64,000 bases of DNA from the human T2T-CHM13v2.0 reference genome, Homo sapiens. Location: the NCBI RefSeq assembly GCF_009914755.1, contig NC_060937.1. One strand, written 5' to 3'. This document shows positions 14,267 through 31,547 of the stretch, one piece after another (position 1 is the stretch's first letter; each line of letters starts with the position of its first letter). Under the pieces are notes generated by a model. It was given only the letters and a program-made list of their open reading frames with translations. It did no database searches and was not told where the DNA came from. The translations under genes and the position numbers were made by a program.

Positions 14267-17200
14267 TCAGGATTTCATGCTTCTTAGGTTTATATAAAAT
14301 ATTCCAGAGAAGATGTGTTCTTAATGGGAAAAAGAATGATTTTGTCTAATTCAAAAGTTATACAAAAGTGAATTCAAATTATGAACTCGAAAAGCTTATT
14401 GCATCCATGTAACTTTCTGTATTGCTTTTAAAGTCCTTGTGCTGTTAAGTTACAGGGCTTTGACTCTTGGGTCTAAAAGGGGCACATGATAATGTTATAG
14501 CTAGCCTTAATTCTCTTGAATGAAGTCCCTTGCAAGCTCAAAAATGACTACACTAGATTCTTGGAAAAGCAATAGCAGTCACCTTGTACTATAGCTCCGT
14601 AGCTAAGCCTTTACCCTTTCACACTGGTGGCCTAGGTTCAGTTCTGGCTTTGGGAATAAGTCCTTTCTAGTTTGAGAGTTGTGAAACTTTTGCCATTTAT
14701 TGATTCTTTTCCCCTCCATGGATGGCTTCTGATTTCCTGTCTTGAATTTTATTTTCTCTGAGCTACCTTAGGGGAAATTCTAGATCTTGTGAAAATTGTT
14801 TGCCATTCTTTGAAGATACCTCATGCATCTGTAGTTAAGTTGTAACCTGAGTTAAGGGGTATTGGTTCCACTTGAGAGAATATCTTTGGGAAGAAGAAAT
14901 GAAAATCTCAAAAGCCAGAGATGCCAGCCATTTGTCCTGGCTACAATATGGTAATAAAATATTTTAAAATACTTTTTATTTTGAGAGCTCTGTAATTGGA
15001 AATGACATAATTAGGCTAATATTTGGGCTATATGTGCACAGATTCTGTTTTAAAGCCCTTGCTCCCCTGCTATAAACTTCTCAGTTGATGGAATTCTGTC
15101 TGATTTTCCATTTACTCCTATCTCTTCCTCCTTCCTCTTGTATCTAATCTTTTCTCACCCTACCAGATTTGCTTCTGTCTGTATATATGTGTTGTGTGTG
15201 TGATATTTATACAAAAGAGCTCTAATTAATTGGCTTAAAAATAATATGTGCTTAAATCAAATATATTGTAAGAAAAATAGAAACTTTAATGCCTTTAAGT
15301 CACATGACTCTAATGATCTTTGAAAAATAAAGACAGTTTAAAAGGTCATTGGTAAAGTTAAATAGAAATGTCTTCAAAGTTTAGACATTTGGTCTAAATA
15401 GGGTAGGTCAGATACTATTTGCTAGATGCTTTGAGGTCATAAACTCCTTCTGTGATTCTTTAGTAATTATTTGACCTGTCTATTTTACAGCCATTAAATT
15501 CTAGGTAAGGCCTGGGGACGTATGGAGTTAGCCAGGTCCCCTGGCTAGGCTGGGCAGAATTAGACATTGTCTGTCTTTGTCCTGGGCTCTACAATCTGAT
15601 ACAAGATTAAAATCACTTACTTAACAGGTCTTTCACCAAAAATAAAAGTTATTAAGAGTTGACATTGTAACATGTACTTGAGACTACAGGAGAAACAGTT
15701 TTACGTGCAAGGTGTATAAGGAAAGTAGAATGTGTTTTTGGTAAAGGTTATAAGAAGGTTTGAAAATATGTTTTTTGTTAAAGGGGATGTAATTTTGTAT
15801 AATTCAGAGATTTTTAAGGATCATCCTAACCTAAGACAGTAATCGGACAAAACTGAAGGCTTAAATAAGTTGCAAAAGATTTGTGAAAGATTAATCTTAT
15901 AAAATAAGTTATGTGAGTGTGAGCAAGTTGGCTAAAATTTGAGGAACATTTTCTAGCTCTTCCATAAATTAAACATTGAAATAAAAGCACCCTGATGCAG
16001 GGCCAGAATCTGAGCCTGTTGGTCTGAATAACAGGGTTTTCTTAGAGAATTGATATGCTGTTTAACAGAAAATTGTAAAGGGTTATAAAAGGTTTATGGA
16101 AATCTTACCTTATGGTCAAAGTAATTAAGATCAGATAGATTTGTTTGTTTTAGTAAGAATTGGGTTTAATGTTAATAGTACATTAATGCAAAGGCAAAAT
16201 TTGGCTTTCTGTTTTGAACAGTATTTTCATATAATATTAAGAGATAATGAAAGGTTTTTGCTTGCCTTTCGAATAAATGACAAAAAAAGGGAAGAGAAAA
16301 GAGACAGATTCAGCTGGCCTCATGCTGTCTTTATTGGGTTTTGTTTGGAAAGCTGAGTCTCCTCTCTATCAGTGAGTAAAGATTTTTCCCTTTTGGTTAT
16401 AGTGACCTGGGGATTTTATTTTGTAATACCAAGTGTTTAAAATTTTAATATTTAACAAACTTTCCAAAGTCAAATTCTAAATTTAGTCTTTCTTTTTATT
16501 CACCTGGTTATCCCTTTTAGCTATTAGATACCCTAAAGTCCAAAAGAGACATATTTGGCTTACTTGGCACATTAAAATCATACAGGAAGCATTGTCAAGT
16601 ATGAAATGGTGTTTAACCTTCTTTGGATAATATTTATATAAATGTATTATTAGTATAAGTACCAAAATTGTATGAGATTCCTGTGATTCTAATATGTCTT
16701 AGTGTATGTTATCAGTAGCAATTATGATTATTATGTAAAATTGGTATATGCCACAGAAGTAACCAATTCCTAGTCAATTGTGTCTTTTACTATAACTGTT
16801 CTAAGACTCATCATCCACAATTGCTGTTTTACTTTGATCCTTTTACAGAGCAGTTTATAATCAGATATATAACTTTGAGGAGTACCCTTAAATATTGCTT
16901 TCTGATAACTGTAGAGATTGCACCATTGGAATAGAGAGAAAAACTCTGGGACTCTCATGGAGAACTGATGTGTTCATGAGGATTCCTGATCCAATGTAAG
17001 GCAGAACAGAAGTTAATTGAATGGACTTAACTAACCGAAGATTGAAATAATATTTTATGACTTTTTAAAACATTTGTTTATTCTTTTTGTTTTGTTTTTC
17101 AGAGTCAAGAAAACCTTTTAAAAAAAGCTATTTGCAGCGTTTATCAATTGGATAAAGTACATTTCCATGAGAAAAATTTGGAGTGTATTTCTCTCTCTCT

Positions 17201-18361
17201 ACCTGGTTTCTCCAGAATTTGAAAACTATTTGTAAGTATACTTAATTTATGGCACTATAGTTATTTGCATAAGTTCAATACAATCTGTTTTCTTTTGTAA
17301 CAGAACATCATTTAAGACACTGGTTATTTTACCAAAGTTTTGACTGGAATGGCATACTTCGAGGTTTAAACAGATTGCTTTAAGGAATCAAAGTTGACTT
17401 ATAGAGCCAATAAAAATCCCCGTGGGAAAGCTGGTCTCATACTTTGGCTATACAGTCACTATACAAGGTGTCCTGACCTGTGGTAAGTAAAGAATGTCAC
17501 TTTCTGATGGGCCCAGGAGTCTCAAGTTTTCCTGGGACCTCAAGGAGAGGAAATCACTCAATCCATGTAGATATTTGTAGGCACAGATAAATCTGTGGCT
17601 GGGCTCAAGACTTTAAAAAGTCTAATCTGAGATTCCTATGGAACAAAGTTCCAGCAAAGCCAATTTTTTTAAAAAGCCTATATGACAAATAAGTATTCTT
17701 GTTATACTTAATGCAAAAACTCAGGCCAAGTATAACAAGACTAAAATATATTTTTCAAATAAATTTGTTCTGCTATGATTTATCTTTAGTAAAAATGGGT
17801 ACTGGAGAGAGAAAAATTATGTGTCAGATCCTAGCCTTGTCCATTGTTTTCAATTTTTATCTTTTTGCAATTTGGACTGAATCTTGAATTCTTTCTGGGC
17901 TACAGGTCTCAAATTAACACTTTCAAAATTTTCTTCCATTTTTCTGATTTGGACTGAATGAAATTACTACTACATTATTCTTTGTAGTATGGCAGACTGT
18001 AGTGCCATAGTGGCAGACTGCCACTGCCTTCCTCCTCTGTACCTAAAGATGCTTTGAGTCTAATATCTGGATAGATTGTGCCCAACATTAACTTTTGTTG
18101 TTCTTCTGTTTCCATAGAAATGCCTATTATTCAAAATCTATTTGCCTTCATCAAGTGCAGAGGGCTAACCCACCTGCGATGCTACTTCCTGGATGAGACA
18201 CAGCTATTTAACTAAGCTGGTCCATTCTCAAGAACTAGACAGGGCTTAGACCACTTTCATGAGTATTCGTAACTCCTTCTTTAGCCTGTTAAATATATAT
18301 ACTTAGCCAACCTGTCATCGTATCTGGTTAGAATTGGCAGTGGGGAAGCTACATAATTAAG

Positions 18362-18600
18362 AATTCAGGAAATGTCTCAGATAGCTCTGTAAATCCTGCA
18401 CTAACAAATCAAAGCTATGTCTGACCCACATTGTCACTAGGATTTAGCATCCTGGCCCAGTCAGACCATCCTGGTGGCAAAAGCTGCTTGTAAAATTGAC
18501 CCTGACTGAAGGGATAAGCATATCCCTCTGTTGCGGCGTTTACTGCTGTTATGCTCTCTCTATGGGAACACAAGACAGGTTTTCCCAGAGACTCTCAAGA
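18362..18600 (+). pseudogene. Degenerate ERV env TM C-terminal remnant
   Basis: Manual translation gives NSGNVS..AL*ILH*QIKAMSDP...WWQKLLVKLTLTEGISISLCCGVYCCYALSMG, in the position expected for env just before the 3' LTR. Confidence 0.55.
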
Positions 18601-18785
18601 CTACACACCATATTGCTTCAACAAACATCATCTGTAAGTCCAGGTACTCATGAATGTTTCCAACTCAAAGTAGATCAGTTCCATTCTGACGCCCAATGAC
18701 TACACCCCCTTTCAGCAGGACGTAGCCAGAGTGAATATGGCACCCAAATCCCATAGAAATGGAATGAAACTTGGCAGTGAGAGTT

Positions 18786-19382
18786 TGTAACTGAGTCTCC
18801 CATTTTTCTAAGAGGGAGTTTAATTCTCTCTCTCTCTCTGTCTGTCTCTCTCGCTGCCTCCCTTTTTCATTCCCCTGGCTCCCCACTTCCTACTTAGCCC
18901 TTTAGAAATGCGAATATAGCCTTTTACCCCTCCCTTCATCAGATACTCCCCACAGGGCAAGTTCATCTAACTAATAGTTGATTTATAGACCAAAATATGC
19001 CTGCTACAGAACTCTCACCCGTCAGGAGGTTGCCTTGAGAGATAACAGCTGAATTCTATGAAACTCTCCCACTAGAAGATTGCCTCCAGAGACATGAAAC
19101 TCCCTCCCACCTGGGGAGTTTTTGGCCTAGACCTGCCCTCAAAGGCACCAGCAGTCACCACCTTGACTGCATGGTAGGTAAGGCACTGGAGCTAACAAAT
19201 GGGCTCCCTTGCCTTGCCTGCTGCTTTCTGCTCCAAAAGTGAAGCAGTACATTTAAAGATGGGACACCTGTGCGTCTTCCCCTAAGCTAGCTTTGGAAGT
19301 AAATCACTTTCTTTATACCGCACTTCACGCTTATTAATTGGACTCTGCAATCTGCAAGCTACTAACCTGCATTTCAGTTACA
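18786..19382 (+). mobile_element. 3' LTR (LTR29/MER83-like)
   Basis: TGTAACTGAGTCTCCCATTTTTCTAA...CTAACCTGCATTTCAGTTACA; direct repeat of 10594-11226. Confidence 0.9.
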
Positions 19383-19620
19383 TGTACACTTAGGATATTA
19401 AGGGGGCTGCATGTGTATGTGCACCCTATATATTCCTATAAATGCACAGAATCCCTAGAAGGAAATGCAAATTATGACAACAGTCCCTCCAGGAAAGAGC
19501 CATGGGAGGCTGGGGACAGAGGACAGAGGGAGAGTTCCTTTTCACTCTTTGTTCTTTTCTAATTTTAAAGTTCAAACATGCACATGAATTATCGATTTAA
19601 ATATTAAGTAATTTTTAAAA
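19383..19620 (+). mobile_element. Continuation of the host L1ME-like 3' UTR
   Basis: aatgcacagaatccctagaagg...ggctggggacagagg...ccttttcactc...aaacatgcacatgaatt is typical of an L1ME 3' end. Confidence 0.6.
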
Positions 19621-19689
19621 GACAGAAAGAACACCTCAAGGATAACAAAGCTTTTCCCCTTGTCATTAGTATGATGTTAGTGTTGTGAA

Positions 19690-21085
<1,396 letters not shown>

Positions 21086-21571
21086 GGATGCTTTTTAAGT
21101 AGTTGTAGAAGTCACACACCTGCAAGATGGGAAAATATGAAAAGAACCCAGCATTCTTTTGCCAAATCAGGCAATAAAGTTATGAAGTTACAAAAGAATC
21201 ATAAAGGCATGACCGAAAGGCTAATAGTCTTAAAGGTTCTTTAAAGTCAGACAGGAATACATTAAAATGTCTTAAAAGAGCCAAAGAAATGCAAACATCT
21301 TTCAAAGCAATGTAAAATCAGCCAATCAATGAATGGATTTGTCCACACCCAGAGAGGGAGGAGGTAAAAGTTGCAATCAGAAGGAAGAATTAGGTGAATC
21401 TGTTGCAGAACTCAGAGTTCCAATTATGGTTCATGGTGTCACACCATCTTGGGCATGAATCAAATCCTATTTTCTGGCCAAAAATCTCTAAAGAATGCCT
21501 AACTTCACTCTCCCAAGATGGAAACCCCAGCTTGCTGCAGACAGCTATCTCCTTAGAAGGTAAGTGATTCA

Positions 21572-22081
<510 letters not shown>

Positions 22082-22266
22082 TTAAGATTTTTAAGGTGAA
22101 AATTATAAAAGAAAGCAGTAAACAACATTGGAATGTCTAAGATAATTTATGAGTCATTATATTTATAAGTTTGAGTTAATCATATTTATAAAAATTACTT
22201 ACATTTTGGGGAAGTCTTTGTTAGTCCACTTGGAGTACTAAGGAAGAAACTAAAATAGATGTTTAA

Positions 22267-22819
22267 GAGTGGAGGGAAGAAAAAATATTATTTCTTCTAC
22301 CTATCTTTGGTCCATGGCTATAGCCCCTATAAAAGACACACATGCAAATGTGTGTAATATAAGTTTTACATGAAACGGGAGCCTTCATAAGAAAATGAAG
22401 ACCCAAAGAAACAGATGTTTTTATGCCAGGTTTGATGAAGCATGGAGAAATGTGATAGCACAAAGAGGGTATGAGCTAAGTGTCATAAACTGGAGGGAAC
22501 TTAGCAAGGCATGTTTGTTCAGATTATTCGTGTGACCGGGGCACTGGTATCTTCAGAGATAGTGGTCCTGTCCACTATCTCTGGAGGAGGAGGACAGTGC
22601 TCCTGTCCTCCAGGTAGAGGAAATGCACCTCTTGAATGACAGTCTTATGACCTGCCTCAGGGGAAGGTCAGAAAATCCTGGGTTTTATAACCCGTTGCAG
22701 GAGAGAAGGGCTGGGGAGGATCAGAGAGGCCTTCCTGCAGGCACTGTCTCCCACATGCCTTCAGCTTAAAATACTCAATCTGCCAAAGCACCATATTTTA
22801 GAATTCCTGAGACCCAATA
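22267..22819 (-). mobile_element. Solo LTR, MER34-like
   Basis: Reverse complement matches the + copy at 20243-20741, e.g. aagttttacatgaaacgggagccttc, aaatgaagacccaaagaaacag, tcttcagagata and gccaaagcaccatatttt. Confidence 0.78.
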
Positions 22820-23049
22820 AGGAAATTTAGTTAAATTGCAAATGCCTTTTGGTAGTAATTATTAAAATTTACTATTTTTTAAAACAGAATTACAGGATTT
22901 GTAGCTTAAACTTCAAAGCCCAGTGAATGAGAGTTTTTAAAATTTGTAAGTTTGATATAATATTAAATGAGGTAACGATACAACCCGAAACTATTGTTTC
23001 CCATTCCAAAAAGTTGCCGTCAAGATGTTAAAATTTCTCCTTGACATCA

Positions 23050-23368
<319 letters not shown>

Positions 23369-23389
23369 CTAAATGGTAGAAACCCTTCT

Positions 23390-23760
23390 CAGATTCCCCC
23401 TGCCAGGTCCCATCTCTCTCATCTCGCTGTGCTGGTTCTTTTTTATAGCACTTACCACCTTCAAACAGACTATACAGCTTACTTTTTTAAAAAAACTATT
23501 TTGGTTTATTTTATTTTGATAAAATATACATAACATAAAAGTTACCATTTTAACCAAATTTAAGTATACGATTCAGTGGTGTTAAGTATGTTCACAATGC
23601 TGTATAACCATCAGTTAACATTTATTATGCTTATTATTTACTGTGTCTTTCCTCTCCAGAAAGTTCACACACCTTGGGAAGGGATCGTGTTGTGTTCCTT
23701 GGTGTTTCCAGAACCTGGGACAGTGTGCTTGGCACCAGAGTCGTCAGTGATTTCTTGCCT
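23390..23760 (+). mobile_element. L2 3' fragment with a nested antisense L1M 3' end (about 23505-23612)
   Basis: L2: ttatagcacttaccacc...tgcttggcaccagagtcgtcagtga. L1M reverse tail: aaaatatacataacataaaagttaccattttaacc...gttcacaatgctgtataaccatca. Confidence 0.65.
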
Positions 23761-24200
23761 GGATCTGACCACCTCCCTAGCAAGGTTACTTGGTGACACC
23801 AAACTGAAGCAGTTTTGGGAGCAAAGGAGAACACAGAGCCCATTGTTGCTCCCTTTCTTCTCTCCATAGGAAACAGTTCCGGGACATTGACCAGCCAGGC
23901 TATGAGACTGTGGTACAGGCCCTGCACTGGGCTGCTGTGGCCTGGGGGAGGGAGGTGTGTGACACAGGCTGCCTGTGTCTTCTCTAAACCACAGCACACA
24001 GTAGCTCCCCTTGACTCACTGAGAAATAACTTGAGCCGGTGGCTAGCTTTATTTCATGACCATTTTAAACTTAATTGTTAAGAAGGAGTAAATTAGGTGA
24101 ACGTAAATGGGATAAAAGTTTGTAAATGAACTTTTCATTGTTTCTTTAACTTATTTTTAAGTGGTGTCATGATTAGGTAGTAGATTCATGAAACTTCTGA

Positions 24201-24503
<303 letters not shown>

Positions 24504-27213
24504 AATGTCTGAATAATTTCTAAGCAAGATAAAATACTGAAACATAAATTGCTGAGCGTAAGTTTATTTTTTGTTTTCTTCGATTTTATACAAAAACAAA
24601 ATGTGTTTAGATCTGTTGGTAAATATGTTCTGCTTCACACTGAAAAATTGTGTTATGAAGAAGCAGATATTATGAAATGGTGATAGTTTACAAAATGCTG
24701 CTTTGTAATTGCTAAAGATTAAAATATCTAATTAATATATGCAATTAAAATTACTAAAAATAGGGAAACAATTCCGTATGCCAAGCATACAAGGAAAGTG
24801 ATATGTTTTTTGAGGAAAGTTATAAAGAAAGCATAAGGATACGCCATAGTTTGAGTTTTTTTGAAGAAAAGAATAATTTCGTCTAATTCAGAGATTATTT
24901 TAATGTTGTTTCAAAACATAGATATAGGAAGGAAATAGAAACAAGGCAGAAAGGAACCAGTGAGTAGGGGAAAGGGAGATTTTTGTGTTTTATCAAAATA
25001 ATTTCCTGTGCTCTACACTGTCTTCATCAAGTCTTTGATTACTTAAGAAAACTGAGTTAAAGGTCTGTTGTTGTTGTTGTTTTGCAAATATGTAACTTCT
25101 TTCGAAGTCTTTTAATATCACTCTGGTTAAAGGCTTGACTGGTATTTCACAGTGGCCTATGATCCTGTTTTTGATCAAATAATTTGAACCTTTATTTTGA
25201 CACTTTCTGAAATCAAATTTTAAAGTTTTTAAATTAAGTATTTTTGACCTTGAATTAATTTTGGGATACCCCAGAGGGCCCTGGAACATCTGAAAGTGTC
25301 TATAAAACAGATATTACACCCGTTGGTCTTATTTGATAAATTACACGGGAAATATCAAAATAAGAAATGATGTTTAATTTTCTTTGAGTTGTATATATAT
25401 GGGTATGTTATTAACATGTGTTCCAAAATATGTCTTGGCATAAGTGTTATCAGTCATAATGTTGATTATTATGCTAAAATGTTGTACACCACGGAAATAA
25501 CAAATTTCCCTGTCAATTGCATCATTATGAACTCTCATAATGAGAATTGTGGTTTAAAACCTGATGAGATTTTTTAACCATTTTAAGTCTTGTTGTCCAT
25601 AGTTAAATTGGTTTATTCTGATACTTTTTCTGAAAGCTCTTTGCAAGCAACTATAATTCTAAAGCTTTTGGTCTTCAAGGAAGTTCATGGAAAGGATGAA
25701 AAGACTTCTGACAAGTACAGGTTTCTGATAATTTTGAGATACCATTGGGCTTGTAAGAATTTCTAAAACTAATGAAATAATTGATGGGTTTGTGAAACTA
25801 TCAACCAGGATCAAACAGACCAAAAATTAATTACATGAGATAGAATAAACTGATAAAAAAGAATTACGGTTTTTATAGCTTTTTATTTGAAACATTTCTG
25901 GTTCTTTCAATGTTTTGTCTTCCAGATTTTTTTTAAAAAAAAAAAACAACTTTATTTTTCTTTAAAGCTATCTACAGTTTACAAGAATTTGGTGAAGTAT
26001 ACATTGGTAAACAAAAATTGAGATATTTGCTTTTCCTCCCTACATGATCCCTCCAAAATTTGGAAAGTATACCTGAGTATTCTTATTTTTATGGCAACAT
26101 GGTTATTTGCATGAGTTCATTAAGAATTGCTTTCTTTATAGCAGGATACAATTGGAAACACTGGTTATACTACTAGGGCTTTGGTTGGAATGTCGTATTT
26201 GAGAAGATGCATAGAATGCCTGGTTTCAAGTGTTTCTAGCCTTACAGTGAAGGAGTAAAAAGTTGTCACTTCCTGGCAGGCCCAGGAACCTCAAGCTATT
26301 AGATATTACAGGTAAAGGATGATGTTTGCCTTGGTTTGGCCTCCTAGCACTGAGAGGTTTTAAACGTCCAATCTGAGATTCCTTATCAAAATTTCTAGCA
26401 AAGCGAATTTAAAAGAAGCCAATGTGGTTATCCTTGGTGCACTTATGCAAATAACTAGGCCAAGTTGGAGAATAAACTTATTTTACAAACCTATTTGTCT
26501 TACCATGATTATCCTTGGTAGAAATGAGATGATTGTGGATAAAAAATTTATTTTTAAAAAGAAAACGATAGTACACCCGTTATTAGATAGTAGCCGTGCT
26601 TATTGTTTTCAATTTTTCATTATCTACCTGGAGACCAGACTGGATTATGAATTCTAGTTTTCTCTAATATCTGGGTACAGCTCCCCATGAAGAATGGGAA
26701 CCACTGTGTTTCTGAAGCCCTATAAGCTGGACAACTTAATGTAAATTTCAAGGGCTAAGTTTCATGCCTGATGTGTGGGCCTACACAGAGTGTTCACAGA
26801 AACGTCAAATGCCATAAGACAGTTCAACCAAAGACATTCAAACTACAAACCAGAATGAGAAGCTGCTGACTTCATTCTGTGGACAGCTTTTCCCACGATT
26901 GCTGGAGCAAAACCCCCAGTGTAATAAGGCTCTTACCCCTCTCAAAGTTTTCTCACCTATGCCCACTTCATTCATTTGGCAGGATGACACTGTAGTTAGG
27001 ATTTCAAGATCAGTGGTTTTTGGTGGATCGGTGAGTAACTTGGAAGAGTAGCGGATATGTCAGGTTAAACCCAAATCTTTACAGGACCTAAGAGATCCTT
27101 TAGTTCATGTAATGGGTACTTCAGCAACATCCCTAACACAACTGTTTGTTCAAATTATAGTGGTGTTTTTTATAGAGTTAACACTCTCTGCTCTAATTTA
27201 AGCCTTTCCTGGG

Positions 27214-27560
27214 GTGCTAGATGATAAAACTGCTACCTACTAACTAAACAGGGAGAAATCTGTGTAGTTGCTGACAATTTTTCTTGTACACAGATGAATA
27301 CATTGGGTATTGTGACTCAGTTGCAAAAAGTTAACAGACAGGCGACTTGGTTAAAATGGGTAAATTCCTTCTCTGGCTCAATCCTTGATTTATTCAATTG
27401 TGGCTGGTTCAGTTCATGGGGACTCTGCCTAGGCAGCATACTCCAAACACTTGGTACAACCTGGTAATCATAATATCCTCCTAATAGTTATAAAAGTAGT
27501 CTCCCTGGTGCGCTGTATCCTCTCAAAAAGTTTTAAATGTTTGTATACAAACATCTGTCG
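27214..27560 (+). pseudogene. ERV env TM remnant (ISD region, degenerate CX6CC, membrane anchor), frameshifted
   Basis: Translates as VLDDKTA/YLLTKQGEICVVADNFSCTQMNTLGIVTQLQKVNRQATWLKWVNSFSGSILDLFNCGWFSSWG...ILQTLG/ILLIVIKVVSLVRCILSK. Confidence 0.8.
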
Positions 27561-27747
27561 AACATCAAATATTCTTTCTTCATCTAAGTTACAGAAACGC
27601 AGAGAGATGTACGATCATGAGGACACTGCAGCCTATGAAGGGTGTGTTGAGACTGGAAACCCAGAATGATGGTAACTGAGAGCAGCACCAGTGTCCTGTG
27701 TTTTGGTCAGATTCTCGCCTAGGTGAGCACTTAACCAAAAGAGGAAT

Positions 27748-28268
27748 TGTTAAGTAACAAGTATAGGAGGGCACTGTTTAGGACTAAGCTCCTGCACTAG
27801 GCCCCACCAGACCAGACTAAAAATCCAAATAGAGTCACTCATGCTAATGTCCCATGTGACCCAAGTAAAACAATAAGTTGTTCTCTGACCTTCCAAGAAA
27901 TTAGGAGGGAGAGGTAGCAGCCAGTTCCCCAAACAGGTCAATTTCCAACCTTCAGTTGGCATAATAATGGCCTTCTTTCTGCTTTAATTCTTAACCGGAA
28001 GTAATCTGGTGTTAACCAATGAATTATCTTTCTATTGTTTTGTCTCTCTGTCACCATTGTAAAAGAAAAGTAACTTTGAAGTGGCCAATCTGCTTTTTGT
28101 TCTCTGTTTCTGCTCTATTCAGCCCTTTTACTCTCTCTAAAGCCAATCTCCTCTGCTCAATTCATTGGAACATTATTTTGTTTTATGGAGTGAGGTATTG
28201 CCCAATTCTAGAATTGCAAATGAAGCCAAATGAGATCTTTACATTTGTTGTAATGTTGTCTTTTGACG
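27748..28268 (+). mobile_element. 3' LTR, LTR54-like
   Basis: TGTTAAGTAACAAGTATAGGAGG...GGACTAAGCTCCTGCACTAGGCCCCACCAGACCAGACTAAAAATC...TTGTCTTTTGAC(G), directly after a polypurine tract. Confidence 0.8.
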
Positions 28269-28339
28269 GATCTAAACTGCCAAATCCAAATGACCAAAAA
28301 CATGAAGTTTAGATGTGATTGAGATCAGGGAAACAGAAA

Positions 28340-29075
<736 letters not shown>

Positions 29076-29079
29076 CTCC

Positions 29080-29269
29080 CAGTAGTTTGCTGGAGCTGTC
29101 TCCAGAGATCCTGCACAGAACTCTTCTCAACTCGGCTCCACCCAGCCATCACATTGGTAGCTTGAAATGAGCCATGGTGGGAATATTTAGGGCACGGATA
29201 TCAGCAAACACTAGCAGTCAGGGCTTTCCCTGAGAGAGCTGGGGTTATATCTTTACCAGACAAAACTAC
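29080..29269 (+). mobile_element. hAT MITE, MER63A-like
   Basis: cagtagtttgctggagctg...cacattggtagcttgaaatgagccatggtgggaatattta...gagagctgg...tttaccagac, with degenerate TIRs. Confidence 0.7.
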
Positions 29270-29700
29270 CTTCACCCCATAAAATAATAGGCATTAAAAA
29301 TCATGCACCAATCCAGTTAAATTATAGGTGTTTTCATTAGGTTTCATTGATTGATATAAGAATAGTTGTGTCCCATTGCATTTTTGAAACAAATTTTTTA
29401 AAAACTTTGCAGAAATGTATATGTGTGTAAGTATTTTATAGATTATATGAACACGGAGGAAAGTATGAAAGATACATAGGAAAGGGTAATGGGATTATGG
29501 GATTAGGGGTAGTTGGGGAAGGGAGGGAAAGTTTTTTTTTTTAAATGATTCCATATGTAACTGACATACACACAGGTGTGTGTGTGTGTGTATAAAGAAA
29601 TTAAGGAAACAAAACTAAGTTTAAAATCCACAAACATGTAGAAATGTTTGTGCTTAATCATGAAATAATAAAGCACGTTGCAGAGCCATGTGTTTGGTAA

Positions 29701-30283
29701 TGATATGGCTCCGATGAGTGGAGGAACACCAGGGCTCTTGTCTCACGTTGAATTAGATGAAACAACAAGGACACACGTGGAGTGGTTTTAAGGAGCAGAG
29801 AATTTAATAGCCAAGAAAGAAGGAAGAAGCTCCCCCGTAGAGAGACAGAGGGAGGGGGGCTCCAAAGCCGAGAGAGAGAACCCCAAGCAGAGTGGAAACC
29901 AGCCAGGTATATATAGAGGCTGGAGGAGGCGGTGTCTGATTTGTACAGGGCTCAGGGGATTGGTTTGACCAGGCATGTCATTCATGTAGCCTGCGGAAAA
30001 GCTGGCCCTCCCACCCTAGCCTTTTAATATGCATGCAGGGCGCCATGATGTTCTACACACGTAGGGATATGTGGGGGTGGCCTTGATGCCAGGAACATGT
30101 GGGGCAAGGGTAAGAAGGCCAGGGGAATCGCCATGTTTGGGTAGACCCAGTTTCTAATATCCTGCATTTGCATATCAAAGGTTGCCAGCCTGGCTCTAAG
30201 AGCTGCTTTAAAAACGAAAATTTTTCAAGGACTCTTTTTCCTCTCTATCTGCCTAAAATAATTTCTTAATAACTCCTACAATA
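29701..30283 (-). mobile_element. Solo ERV1 LTR, PABL_A/B
   Basis: tgatatggctccgatgagtggaggaacacc...gcctaaaataatttcttaataactcctacaata. TSD gtaa/gtac; homologous to 12341-12982. Confidence 0.85.
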
Positions 30284-31547
30284 GTACGATCCTGTTTCAG
30301 TAAAAAGAAATAAACCCAAAGCCCAGTTTATGTGTATATTTGCCTGCATGTGCTTGTATGAGCATCGTGAACAGTTGTGTGTAGACTTTGGATATCTCAG
30401 GAAGGTAAGATTAGAAGTTAATAATGGTGAGAATTTTCTCTATATGTCTTTGAACTGTTTTGCCTATAACAACTAATATGTCATATGTTTACAATTTGAA
30501 AAACATCAAATGAAAACAATTTCCAGAAAAGAAATTAGTTCCTTCGGATTGTCAACACTCTTTCACACTCATTACCACCTTTGCCCCACTTACCTGTGTA
30601 GGAAGAATAAACATGGCTGTCTCCACTTCACTGTTAAGGAAGCAGAGCTGGGAGATGGAAACTGCCTTGTCCATGAACACATGACTATGAGCATTGGAAC
30701 CTGTCTCCCACCCAGTCTCTTGACCCACAGTCCAGAGGTTTTTAGATACCCCAGTGGATATGGGAGGAGAAAAGCAGCAGCAATAACAGAGAGTGACCAA
30801 TGGTATCTTTCTAGCCAAGGACAACTCTGCAGCAGGAATGAACTCTGCCTATGACATAAAACATACGTGAACACACAATTATCAGTATTTACCATGTATA
30901 TCTAAGAAGGCTATTTGTCTAACCTTGCCTGAAGCAGCCAGCATTTGTAATCTTATCACATCATCTGGAAGCTTCAGTGCTAGTTTCATGGGGTTACTCT
31001 AGGTCACGTGCCCAGAAGAACCTTCATAAACAACAACTATGGCAGGGAGGAGGGAATAGTGCCTGGCATGTCCTTTCTCCGTATCAGTAACGTGACTTTC
31101 CAAGGCCCATTCTGCTGGCTCTATAAGAAGGGAATCCAGTTGGAGACCTTGCAAGTCCTCACCTGTGGGACGTCCTCCCAGGGCGCGGATTTGTGTACTG
31201 TTCTTTTACCATATCAGCATCTTTAACAAACACGCCCTGTGCTTACTTAAGAGATCTCTAAGTTCCTGAAAACAAAGGAATGTGCACTGTGACATGGCCA
31301 AATGAATCACAGTGTAGCTCCAGGTGGAAGTGGGCCGGGTGGCAGTCTTATCATCTTCAATGGCACTTTGTGCATTCTTGCCTTTGCTGGCGTGGCTAGT
31401 CTTTTGAAAATGGATTGGGAATTACGTTTAGGGGTTCAAAAATACTCTTTCCACACCTACATTGATCAGGGTGTGTTTGACTAATGTTTGTGTTATGAAC
31501 ATATGACACATTGGTTGTTATAGGCAATGAGTTTTGGTGGAGCTAGT

